Assembly: GCA_043228905.1 (NCBI GenBank)
Contig: JBHGNT010000017.1
Span: forward strand, 3,162,001-3,226,000
DNA length: 64,000 nucleotides
Reading direction: 5' to 3'
Source of the DNA: Azolla caroliniana
Taxonomy: Eukaryota; Plantae; Polypodiophyta
The notes below the pieces were generated by a model, which worked only from the letters and a program-made list of their open reading frames with translations, did not search any database and was not told the DNA's origin. This document shows, piece after piece, positions 1 through 11,782 of the stretch. The position numbers and the translations under genes were made by a program. Position 1 is the stretch's first letter, and each line of letters opens with the position of its first letter.

Positions 1-301
1 GGCCGATCAGGAAAGTGATCCTCCGGGTAAGAACAGAAACCGTGAAAACACCACCAAGCCTTGGGTACTCCTCTTCTATCATTTTGATGGGGCCACTTAA
101 GAATTTCCGGATGCCACCTATGAGGGGCAGGGCACGGATATAGGGAGGATGCTTCTTGCCGGATCGAGACCCGAAGAAGAGAGTGGACAGGATCTTCGCG
201 AGCAGCAAGGTTGAGACAGCAAGTAGGCCGAGGCGAGTCAGCGGGCTCAGGTTCCCAAGGATCGACGGGAGATAGGATTTGAGCAAAGGTCGAGGATCCA
301 T
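1..301 (-). CDS. CYP51G1: Sterol (obtusifoliol) 14-alpha-demethylase, cytochrome P450 family 51, 5' part (runs off the window's left edge)
   Basis: Manual translation from ATG at 301: MDPRPLLKSYLPSILGNLSPLTRLGLLAVSTLLLAKILSTLFFGSRSGKKHPPYIRALPLIGGIRKFLSGPIKMIEEEYPRLGGVFTVSVLTRRITFLIG. This is a TM anchor plus the characteristic CYP51 'LIGG..FL.GP..M..EEYP.LG.VFT......ITFLIG' block. A probable 5'UTR intron ends ttgcag just before ccATG. Not in the ORF track because it is truncated. Confidence 0.93.
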   Translation of the reverse strand, partial: MDPRPLLKSYLPSILGNLSPLTRLGLLAVSTLLLAKILSTLFFGSRSGKKHPPYIRALPLIGGIRKFLSGPIKMIEEEYPRLGGVFTVSVLTRRITFLIG

Positions 302-396
302 GGCTGCAAAGAAACAGAGGAGAGATCTGATCTGTCTGCGTGATTGGATAAAATTTTTGAAGGAAATCCCCACCTAGAAAGAGGGCTTCCTTTTTG

Positions 397-405
397 AAAC
401 CCTAA
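397..405 (+). promoter_or_regulatory. Telo-box AAACCCTAA upstream of the CYP51 start codon
   Basis: Exact AAACCCTAA about 100 bp from the ATG. A short motif, so function is unproven. Confidence 0.3.
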
Positions 406-1144
406 ATTCCTTCACAGATCTGCAAGCCCGCTATGGATTTATAGGGTTTGAAGCCCTGGACTGCATCACAGATCTGCATGCCTTCCCTCTTTCTCTCTTT
501 TCTGGGGTTTTTTTTTTGGGTTTTTGTTACTCCTCTGTTTGTCTGTCTGTTTTTTTTTGTCGTTTGGGCTTTTAGGCAGTCACTTTTCAGACGTGCTAAT
601 TATATATGTATATATGTATGTATAAGGAAGGGATAGAAATTAGGTGCTCCATGGAACATGCCAACTCAAAGTGCAGATCTACACTTAAAGACCACAAATC
701 ATAAGCTGTCCTGGCCTTCCATACTACAGATACATACTTTCAAAAGAACAGAGAAGACCTACATCTAAATCGCCTTGTCTCGTGAGTACATACATACATA
801 CTCATACATGCATGCATGCATGCATACATACATGGATACATACATACACGTGGTCGCAAGGTCATTTGTTAGGTCCACTAGACTCCCGAATCACCCCCCT
901 TGCATATTATCATTCATTCACGTATTCCATCCGTGTTAGTCTCGTGAGAAGAATGACTCGGTTCCTGTAAACTGCACTCGCTCGGTACACAAGCATCGGA
1001 GATTGATTGATACAAGAAACTTGCTTGGCACTCACTCGAGCCCTCGAGAAAACCTTATGAAAGAAGGCTTATTGCAAAAGGAGGGCATCACATGAAGCTA
1101 AATATGTAAATAAAAAATATATAAAAGACACATAAAAAGGAATG

Positions 1145-1500
1145 ACTCGCGTGATGCCAATCTTTGGAACTAATTTAATGAGACTAACCTTTCAAGCTTG
1201 AGGCATACAAACATAATCCCAACGATGTTGAAACATAAAAGTTAGAGATCCCTTTAAAATGTTGGAATGTCTCTTAAAAACTTCATTTGTTAGATCGCCC
1301 CAACCATGGCTCGTACTCCTAGGAAAGATGCCTTAAAGACCATGTCCAACTCATTCTCTATGAAATCTGAATTCACTTCAAGACTAAACGGGGTCCTCCA
1401 CAATACATCCAGCCACATTATAAAAGTCACGTCGTGCTCTAATCACCTCATCCATGATAAACAATCGCGGGCCAAACAAATCACATATTGCGATTATTGA
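1145..1500 (-). mobile_element. Degenerate L1-type LINE ORF2 (RT N-terminal) fragment
   Basis: Minus strand reads ..DLTNEVFKRHSNILKGSLTFMFQHRWDYVCMPQA*KVSLIKLVPK, the typical LINE RT 'GL..E.FK.....L...F...W....P..W....I.L.PK' block, with stops. Confidence 0.6.
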
Positions 1501-2099
1501 AGCCAAATTCCCTCTGAACTCATCCCCTTGTTTCATATGAACAACAGCAAACCTACCCTACATAGGATGTGGTGGTTGAAAAAGACAATGAGATGACATT
1601 TATTATTTATAGGCTCACCCTCTAAGTTGTCACATCTTTAACATGACGATATCTTTGACATTGCAAATGAGAAATAATGGTTTGCAATTGACTCTAGATA
1701 TCCAAAAGTCCTCCTCTAATGGTGCATGTATTAATAATGCATTACACCTTCTGAAGAACTTGTAAGAATGGTTAAAGAAAACTCTCTTGTTGTTGGGCAT
1801 TAATTAACAACCCATATATAATGACAAATGATCTTTAATGTTTCTTAAAGTTGTATCACATGCCTATACTCCCTTGCTATCCACTTGTTGCAAAAAGTTC
1901 AACAAAAATTTCTTCATGAGAGAATCAAAGTCAAGTTGAAGCACAAGAGAATAGGTAAACCATTATGGGGGCTTGCCAAGTAAGGATCTATACACGTCAA
2001 TTGAATGATTGCAAACCTCCAAACAAATTGGGAAGTAGTTTGAAGAGCCCACGTCTCGTAGGAATATCATAGGAAGTGATGCTAGTAAAATGGGCTCAT

Positions 2100-2330
2100 C
2101 ATGCATCACATACATTCTATCTACCTTAGCCTTGAAGTTCTGTCAAATCATAGATGGAATGAACATGCTATCCGCTGCTTAGAGACTGGAAAGGGGGCAT
2201 ATTATGCATTTGAGAACACACACAATCATGGAGAATTTAGGTGTTGGGTGCCCAAGAAATACTTTTTCAACCATTTGATGACACCAATGCTTCTTTATGG
2301 GGTGGAAATATGGGTGGTATCATCCCTAAG
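2100..2330 (+). mobile_element. Degenerate non-LTR retrotransposon RT C-terminal fragment
   Basis: YLSLEVLSNHRWNEHAIRCLETGKGAYYAFENT...KKYFFNHLMTPMLLYGVEIW matches the post-RT 'YLG...P.LLYG.E.W' region of LINEs. Confidence 0.6.
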
Positions 2331-3324
2331 TCATAAAATTGAGAACCTAAGTTTGATCCTTCACATGGGCATCATCTCATAGATCACAATTTTTCTTCGG
2401 TGAACTCCTAGAGCCTCTCATTCCCTTAACCTCTCTCATTTCTTACCTAATCTCTCCAAGCTTATCTAATATGTGTGACATCTTCGTGAGCTTGAGGGAT
2501 GCATGACTTGGTCAATAACATATTTTGTGATACTTGATGTTTTCTTTGTATTCTTGATTAAATAGTCATTAAATGTTAAGTCTTAAGAATATAACCATAC
2601 TAAATTATTTAGTTTAAGGTTAAGGTTAGAAGTTATTAAGAGAGTTTTCTAATGGATATTAAGTAGTTTAAGTGCATTTGATTGTGGATTGGTACCCACT
2701 TTTCACATGAATCACTTGCAAAAGGGTGATGTCTACTAGATTCTCAACAACGATCTAACATGGAGGAAACCCATAACTTGTTGCAAGACAATGGGATTGA
2801 TCCAATTTACGAACCTCTCACCAATTTAGGAATTTGTCTTTGATTTAGATAAAAAGCTAGGTTTGATTTAAGAACCTAACTCTAATTTACATAAATATTT
2901 AGGAGCCTAGGTTAGATTTACTAAGGACTTGACATAGACATTAAGTCAAACTTAGATTTTGAATAAGAAAAAGAAGAAAACATGACGAGAACAATCAAAT
3001 TATTCAATTTTATCTTACACCTTTTTCTCGGATGAAAGTTGTAGTGCATTTGTTTAGGAAGTGATCAATTTGTTGCAAGTGTCAAAGTAACTTGAAGTTT
3101 TGCCTCGGGATAGGACTCTAGGTCTACATCAACAACTCACGCAACATTTCCTTGCAATATTCAATGGAAGTATTTGATGAAGAGCCTCCTCATGTTTCAA
3201 ACTATTATAAGACAACATCTAAGAAGCACTTCATTCACTAATAGGTAACTTTATTAACCATCAAAACTTGACCATAGATGGTTCCTTACATTATCAAGCT
3301 TGAACTCGAAGAATATAGAGTAAG

Positions 3325-3838
3325 ATTAGAGTTTGTGTATTGTTTAGCATATACATGCATGTCTCAAAAGTGGTTAACACTCACTCTATTCACATCTCAC
3401 CAACAAAAACGTAGACGAGTTAGGATGTATTGTTTACAACTTTAAGTTGTTTTTCTTCTAAGCACAAAATGATCACATTGTCCAAGCCTAATCAATGATG
3501 GTGCATGAATACCTCGCAAGAGAAGAATCAATGACCAAGATTATCGATAAAGTTCAACGAGATCTTGAAGAAGCAAGGCAACCCTTCGAAATAAACTCAC
3601 ACTCAATCGACCAACAAACTTCTAGTGAATCAATAAGATAATGACAAAAATAGTCACAACACCCAATATATGCATCTAGTAAGAGTATAACTTTGAGCTT
3701 TGGATGTGCATAGTGAGAGAATAGAAGAAGCATAAAGAAATGATCATGAAAATGTAAGAAAGTATGAGAGAGATACTCAAAGTTCATGAGCACTTTTGAG
3801 CCATGCATGTATATGCTAAACAATACACAAACTCTAAT
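3325..3838. repeat. 48-bp inverted repeat pair (3325-3372 / 3791-3838) around a ~420-bp spacer
   Basis: attagagtttgtgtattgtttagcatatacatgcatgtctcaaaagtg is the reverse complement of 3791-3838 with one mismatch. Confidence 0.85.
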
Positions 3839-4187
3839 ATTTTGACCGTGTTGATGAGAGAGAGCACTTTTGAACAATATTCATCAATGGCATCCAAAAG
3901 TTCATGAGTAACTCCATCAAAACGGTCAAACAAAAGCACCCTCAGCTTTGTTGGGGTTTTCACTATTGTCATTGTCAATTGAAAGTTCACTTCTATGATT
4001 AGCCTTGAGGAGTCCTCCCACTTCTTTAAGAACCCTATTTAGGTTGAAATGAGCCAACAAGAAGTTTATTAATTCAATGTATCCAAAGTTGTGTTTGATG
4101 TTGATTACTCAAGGAGGATGGAGTAGTTCTAGCATTTTAGTGAAACCATCCATGTTACCAACCTGAAGTGCTACATTGAAGACATGG

Positions 4188-4646
4188 TGTTAAGGATTAG
4201 GTAATTAATTAAGGAATAATTATTACCTAATTATGTGATTAAGTTAAGCGATTACGTAGCGGAAGATTAAGTGATATGTGCGTGTATGTGTGCGTGAGAG
4301 GAAGAGAGAGAGAAGTACACTTATGAACACAAAAACAAGATGGGGGATGATAAAGTATATTAAAAGGTAAATATCATCAACTATCATCAAAATACAAAAA
4401 TACCTTCAATGACGTATATATAGGTTTCATGTGCAAGGGTGCACATGTGCTAGGAGAATATAGGTACAACGTGTAAGTCCTATATTAAATGAGCATGGAG
4501 TGGTGGATCTACAATGTATCCCACTCGAGTACAAAATCGTATTTAAGGCTTTATGGTTAACACACTAACTAGATTCTATCTAGGTAACTACTAAGTTACA
4601 TGTGTTGACTAACTAACTAAACTAAGTTGAGCTTGATCTCTCAACG
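4188..4646 (-). mobile_element. Solo LTR related to the copia family at 36484 and 63318
   Basis: Perfect 5-bp TSD catgg at 4183-4187 and 4647-4651. Termini are TG...CG (CA mutated). The minus strand begins (c)gttgagagatcaagctcaac, versus tgttgagtgagcaagctcaac in the copia LTR. A TATA-like tract and a (CT)n tract lie on the minus strand. Confidence 0.75.
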
Positions 4647-5540
4647 CATGGTTTAGACGAATTTATCTATTTCATGGCTTTATATGCATGACAAACGGTG
4701 TGGTTACTCCGCTTTGTATATGTGTACCATACATTAATTACGCCTCACAAGTCAAACTAACGCTACAAATAGACAAATTTAACACGAGGTCTAGATTGCT
4801 AAAACAAGATCCTTATTGCATTCAATAATGTACCATCTAATGGGGGGCATGGACAACTGTGTCCCATATTGAAACAATTTCATCCCATAATTCATGTTGG
4901 CATGGAATGCATCGAACTACCTAGTCCGTTGATTAGGACTTGGCTTGGGGAAAATGCTACAATGAAATAATCATTTATAGCCACTATCAAGACTTAGTGA
5001 TTAATCATGATAATGAGAAGATTTGGATGTGCACTTGGCATTTTATGTCTATGTACTTTTCACAATTGGCAACGAGGATGAACTCGATCTAAGGACATGA
5101 GGTAAGAGATAAATTGTTCAAGAACTCAAGTTATTCGTTTTCATGGGTCTAACAATGGCATGTTCCCATAAGTGTCATATTCCCATACATTTCCATCTCG
5201 TACCATAAGAAAAGGGATTGAGTGAAGTAGTTAACCAACACGAGCTTAACATAAGTCTCTTGTTTTTATACCTCCCCATCTCTACCCACAATAAAAAAGA
5301 CTTAAGAGCTGAGGAAGTTAACATTTTTGCTAAGATCACTTTGAATAGGAAAACTTAGGAGTAAGCATGAGGATAACATGCTTCAAGCACTTATTAATTA
5401 TAGATATAGGCAAGAAGTCAGGCTTTGGAAGATTATAAAATTATTGGGTTAGTGATAGTTGCGGATAGTATCTTTGCAAATCTTGAACTTGTTCTATTTC
5501 AAAGACAATTTTATCTCTTACTTTGATTATGTTTTATAGG

Positions 5541-6075
5541 AATCATGAACTTTTGCTATAACCAAAAGGTTCATAGCATGAGTGAAATGGGAAAGCACAC
5601 AATTAAGATGCTTCAAGTGAAATGGATGTGTCATATCAATGCATAATGGAGGCACTTCATCTTCACTCACCACTCATTCTACTTCTCCATTGTAATTACA
5701 AGGATTTTAGTGTAAAAACTATGCAAGGCATTACATGTGTCTACGAACAAGTGTTGATGTCACCAACATTTGCACATCAGTTACAACACATACATAAGAA
5801 TCCTGATACATATGATCCAAATAGGTTTGCCCCTGGGTGTGATGAGGATAAAGCAGCAAAAATTCTTATATGCATTCTTTGGTGGTGGATGACATGGGTG
5901 CCTCGGTTAACCCTTAAAACGCATACATTCAAATCAAGACCACTTAGAGCTAGTTGCTCTGCAATTACAAGCTGGAGTTGATCTCACTTTCCTCAAGTTG
6001 ATTGGAATGCTATGGTTGGCAGGAGAAAGGCAGAAATTATGATAGAATACAAGAAAAAGTGTTTGTCAATGCAAG
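5541..6075 (+). pseudogene. CYP51 C-terminal pseudogene fragment
   Basis: EMDVSYQCIMEALHLHSPLILLL..DFSVKT..SPTFAHQL.HI.KNPDTYDPNRFAPGCDEDKAA, then a frameshifted FFGGG*HGCLG*P..AYIQIK..LLCNYKLELIS..DWNAMV. This is the CYP51 EXXR, PERF and heme-binding (FGGGRHxCxG) region with stops, frameshifts and a deletion. Confidence 0.88.
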
Positions 6076-8062
6076 AGGTCAAGGTTCAATATTGTTTCAG
6101 TTAGGTCAGCATGGTTAAGCTGGATTTAGGGTCTAGACAGCATTTAGAATTTAATGTAAACGTTATAAAGATAAATCTAAACCATAGAACCCTGCTTTTC
6201 AACATAGCCAAACAAATTAAAATGATCCAAAGTTGACATAAACTCTCATGATTCAGAAGCATTAAAATAGTCCTAACCTAACACACATCTTGATCTAATA
6301 ATCGGACATAATCAAATCTGATCACTAATTTCATATCGGTGATGCCAATCATGATGAATATAGGGATGTACCACAGCTCAGCATCGCGTTTGTTTTGGGT
6401 ACAAGATGAGAATGACAAAAACGATTGATTTATCCAGCCTGGAGAAATGGCCTGGATTATTGTTTGTTCTAATTTGGTATCATTCATGCATGAGAATAGG
6501 CATATTTTATACCTAGAAAAACTATGGGACAATTATACAATTTGGTCAAGACTCAAAAAGGTGAACTCCCTATTTTAATTGTCTGCCTTAGGGACGTTTA
6601 GAGCAGAATATGGACAGGTGCAGAGGGGACATTGAATAATGAAATGAAGCAAATAACTGCATCACTAGTCATCAGAAGGGCTGCTTGACTAGACTAGCAT
6701 TTGCTCTCTTCTTCTAGTAACATAGCAAGATAGATATATTCATATGAGGGTTCCATTCAAGGTGACGTACAGAACCCTAAGATTGCACAATATCGGTTCA
6801 AATATATACATGACAGTTGTTCAAACATTAACTCTGTTGTTTATAATTTCAATACTTGTTTCCAAATTTGAATATCAACCCTGTACTCTCATGTTATTGA
6901 ATACAATACAAAAATACATTGATCAAGAGCAAATGACATTCTGAAGCTCTAGTAAATGTAGAGTACTCTATTTAAGAATATGCACTGTCGGTTCCATATA
7001 TGTACGCAGAAGATTTCTACAGCGCCTACTTGCAATGGGCTTGACCACTTTTGTGGCCTCTTCTGCAAGTGGTATTTTTTAACCTCCAATTTCCAACAGA
7101 GGGAACCATGGAACAAATTTCTAGACATGGAAATTTGTGATGTGTTATGCATATAATCTTCACCATATCAGTGTAACAGTCATATAATTAGCATGTTATA
7201 TCGAAAAAGGCTTCCATAGGAAATTTTAGTCTTTTCAGAGAGCATTCTTGGTGTATATTGATCTATGGAGCAATTCTACAGGCTACAGCACCTATTTGAA
7301 ATGCGCCTGCCCCTGCTCCTGGCCTCTGCTCCATCACAAATATTTCTGCCTCCATTTCCATCAGATAAATCAATGGAAAGATTTTTGATACATTACATGT
7401 GCAAGGTTCATAATAAAACTGCAACAGTCAGTGTATGATAGGTATGTTGCAAAGGACATTGACCTGAATCACTTTGTTCTCTTTGACTAAACTTGGATGC
7501 AATTATATTAGGGTGCCATACTATTGACAGATTTGCACCTTGGATTACTGTGTTCCATCGATGGTATGAGAATCCAAATGACAACACAAAACAAAGAGAA
7601 TATACACATGCACTGACCATTCATGACTGTCGAACTTCACCTGCTTAAGAATGCCCATCTCAATAAGTTTGGAATTCCAACCTTAGGAGCAGAAGATGGC
7701 AGAAATGTGAACAAACTCCATGACAGGTTTTGCAAAACGATCACAGCCAGTTTGGGGCCCTGGCCAGAGACATGAAAACACAACACATAATTGAATAGAT
7801 GCATCTCTCACAACGAGTCATGGGAGCTGTTTGGTCTTGTCAAGTGATTCAAAGATATAGCCTGATCAGGAAAAAGAAGATGGTAGAAGAGATGCCAAGC
7901 TTATTCAACCAATGAACTTCCTAGAACCTTTCTGAAACAGGCTGCAAAAAGTACCCCTTTAATAACATCATGAGTAATAAAACTTCACGAGGATATCACA
8001 AATTTAATAACTTCCACCTGCAATGACATTAACATACTTAGATGCCCCACCAGTCACAAATA

Positions 8063-11000
8063 TTAACTCTTTTTGCTTCTCATCAAAATTTCCATTTCCT
8101 TTCGCTGCTTCTGAAACAAATTCTGAAAACTGTTAGAGCTGCACTGTCCTATAAGCCTTGGGATAAATGTAGAGTAGATTAAAATCTGGAAACGATCATA
8201 GCACCTTGAACAATTCATTTGTACATGTCTGCCTGATTTCTTCAAGTTGTCTCCACTCCATTGCCATTTCATACTCTATTGTGTTTGGTTGAGAGCAGTG
8301 AGAAGTAGACATTGCGTTTTTCTGAAAAATTCAATACAAAGCCAAATTACAACTTCAGTACGTATTTTTGGTATCAAATCTATCCTGCTCTTGATTACAG
8401 ATAGATGTACAGTTTCTTAAATGACAGGATAATTAATCATATTCCAAAGAAAGGGCAACCAGATGATCAAATTTGTTATCTTATAAAGTCTTAAAAAATG
8501 ACTCGTATAATGCTAGCAGACAGATGTATGCGTTCTTGAATGACACGATAATTAATAATGAGTCACAAAAGGAAGGGATTTACATAATCTTCACTTTGAT
8601 GATTTTTGTTCAACCTTAACTTATCCAACGCTAGATGACCAAGAAACGCCGAAAAATTCACAGGATCCTCAACTTTACTAGCAATAATTGTCCTGTTCAC
8701 GAACACCAATACAAAATCTCATCCACATAATAAAATACACAAATAAGTTTAGAAATGCAGACGACATGACATACCTCCTATGATATGTCATCACGAGACA
8801 TTTTTGTTCCATTTCGTCTAAAGCAGCATCTGCGAATGATCTGCTTTCAAATATTGCCAATGCTTTGCCTACAGGTTCCGAATAATATTGTTATCCACAT
8901 TACTCTAATAAATTGAGCAACTGTCAAAATCTGAAAGAAAAACTATGTGATAATATTACCATACGGAAAATCCTTTTCATGAGGTAGAACCTTGGCATCT
9001 GAAATACCTTGGAAAATACTTTTTAACATCTCCTGTGAGAACAAAAGTATTAAAAACCGATCATCGTTAAGAACCTAAATATATATGATTTTTTAATGAC
9101 AGGCGCAAATCCTAACGATGGTAAATAAACAAACTAATCAGCAAAGAAAGTGACACAATGCATCGACTTGTTAAACAACATCCAGCACACCCAGATTCTA
9201 AATTATAAACAGAATCTGCATCAAATTCTGGTGTCACCAAAAAGGTGAAGGACTTTCTTACATATAAATGAGCATGAATACTCATTAAACCACAGCATAT
9301 ACTGTCAGAAATAATATACACATGGTTAATTTTCCCAACTTAGAGTATTGTCCAGTATAACAACAAAATGAAACTATTTCTATGATAACTCAATTTGAAC
9401 TATCGTGAACACCAACCCTTGAGCTATTTCATATTTCACACTATGTTGCCATAAGACCAGAATGGTTTAGAGTTAGAAGTAAGTGCATTTGAATGAATGA
9501 ATGGGTGCTGGTTTTAAGTGTCTCATTATGAATACATTAGTTTTCCATTTGTGTTATTATTACCTCAACATCTGCCGAAGTTACTAGAGGGTCAAGGTTT
9601 TCAAGAAGCAGTACTTTTTCAAGTTTGATATTTTGCTCCAATTTCTCCTCCCAAGTCTGCAAAAAGAGTCTCTCATTACTAAAAACTCCTAGGACTAGAC
9701 ATTAAAAAGAGTAAAATTTTCCCACACTTACCAGATCCTTCAGTATTGTTCTCTTCTCCTGTAATCAATGAGCTTCATGTAAGAGACTATTCCAAATTTA
9801 GAATGATAAAAATATAGCAGACCTGAAATATCGAATTATGAAAAAAATCTGCTTCTTTGAACATAATGTTGGTGATGTTAATGTTATTATGAACATTGGC
9901 AATCTTGATTAAAAAAGGAAGTAAATCTCACAAACGTCTTAGCCACGTCATTCGTTTGAGACTTCTTCTCAATCTCAAAACATGTGCTTATCTTTAACTT
10001 CATTTCCTTGTTCTGCATCTCCTTGTACACGTTCACTGAATTGTCATCCTTACTTGGTTCTGGCAATAGTGAAACTTTCTTAGTTTTTTTGAACTCACCA
10101 CACTTCGCTGGAGCCTCAGTAGGAGTAGAAGGTATCTTAACACTCTTATTTGCGTATAGCTGCTCTTCATCAGAAACCTCTGAATCTCGTACCTTCTTTA
10201 AACGAGAGGCCTGTTTAGGAATAACATTATTTTTGCTCTTCTTTAGTGATTTCGGTGCATCATTTGATTCATTCTTCACGTTTGTGATCACTGGCATTGT
10301 ATCACCATCCTTAATTGGTTCTGGCAACAATAAAATCATCTCATTTTTCTGGATGCCATCAACATCAGCCGATGCCTCAATAGCAGTAGAAGATATAGTT
10401 AGCTTCTTAAAACAACTCTGGTGATGCTTTGCATTTGGATGTGCTTCATCAGACCTTTCTGAGTTTCTTGGTCTTTTTAAGTGTGAGATGTGTTTGGCAA
10501 TAGCATCATGTTCATTCTTCTCTATGGCCTTTGGTGCTCCATTTGATGCATTCACATTTGTGATCCATTCCTCCTTATTATAAACAACTGCACCACAGAA
10601 TTTGTATACACGCAATTTAGGATGCAGCAAAGAAGAGCAGCTTAATCATGTTATTATTTAGACCTCACCATGGCAGCCAAGCTTATCAACTACTTCATCT
10701 ATTGGCCTGAATTGATTTAGATCCACATCATATATTTGTGAAAAGAAAAAATCTGCATTCTTAATGTCAGACTCTGAGGGTTGTCTGTTTCGTATGTCTT
10801 TGCTAGAACATACGACGGTGCATTTACCACAAATGACCTCCTGAAACAAACCAAGAAAATGGATGTGAACTGAAACTTGATCAAACAGAAACTTCTCAAA
10901 TTTAGCCCTACGAAACAAATTCTATGTGAAGACATACGGATATCAATCAAGGAATGCATCAAAAATGCAACATCCAGCCCAAACAATTTGATACATAACC

Positions 11001-11782
11001 AATTCATTCTCCTTAGAAATGTCTTTCCTATGACAAAAACCGTTTTAAACTTACTGATTCGATCTCATTAGAAAATCCTAAATTGTCCTGGGCATACATA
11101 AGAATTCATTACTGTTAGAAAAGCACTTCAACAAGAAAGAAAAAGCTTCATGCAGATGCCAAAAAAAAATTGAACACCTTGAACTTACGAATTTATTGTC
11201 TTTAATAATGTTGCTTTTTTGCCAAATGCAAGCTAAGCTTCCATAGACAGCAGAAAAAAAAGACTGATTGGAATCTTTCAGGTTAGCAATTCATTCAACT
11301 GGGAATAGCCTTTTCCATTGCCAACAGCAAGAAAATTTTACGGTAGATGTACAGAAATCATTGAAGCATTGAGCTTACAAAATCATTCTCATTACTTAAG
11401 TCTTTACGCTGCCAAATGCAAGAAAAACTTTCAACTTTGTACTTACCACTTCATTCTCATTCGTAACTCCTTTTCCTTTGCCAAAAGCAAGAAAAACCTC
11501 ACGTGGGTCAGCACCAGGTTCCGTTGGCAACTCATTGCTCTTGAAAAACCAATGGATCAGAGCTTGCTTTACACCAATTGATTCTTCCTGCCATAGCTTA
11601 ATAATCTTGCCAATGTATGGATCCCCAGAGTCATTGGAAACCTTCACATTATCATAGAGCATATACTCCACACCTTCTTTGCTGAAGAAAGAAGAATAGA
11701 AGGTCATGTCTTTGTCAGAACCTTGCTTTACGGGGGAGCCCCATCGGATACCCGCCTCATCTTCATCGTTCAATATGGGCAT
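8063..11782 (-). CDS. ASI1: ANTI-SILENCING 1 / IBM2 / SG1-like BAH-domain + RRM protein (multi-exon)
   Basis: Exon 11782-11447 encodes BAH (WG..FYSSF..EGVEY.LYD..PYIGKIIKLW..WFFK..EVFLA.G.G.G..N.N). Exon 10840-10669 gives EVICGKCTVVCSSKDIRNRQPS. A large linker exon spans ~10587-9933. RRM exons encode WEEKL..VLLLENLDP and GKALAIF, and the C-terminus is STSHCSQPNTIEYEMAMEW...KQRKEMEILMRSKKS*. The exon borders checked are GT-AG. Confidence 0.88.

Noticed and set aside
7988-7997. ATATCCTC as a U12 AT-AC donor
   Set aside because: Imperfect match to ATATCCTT, no branch point found, and outside the CDS.
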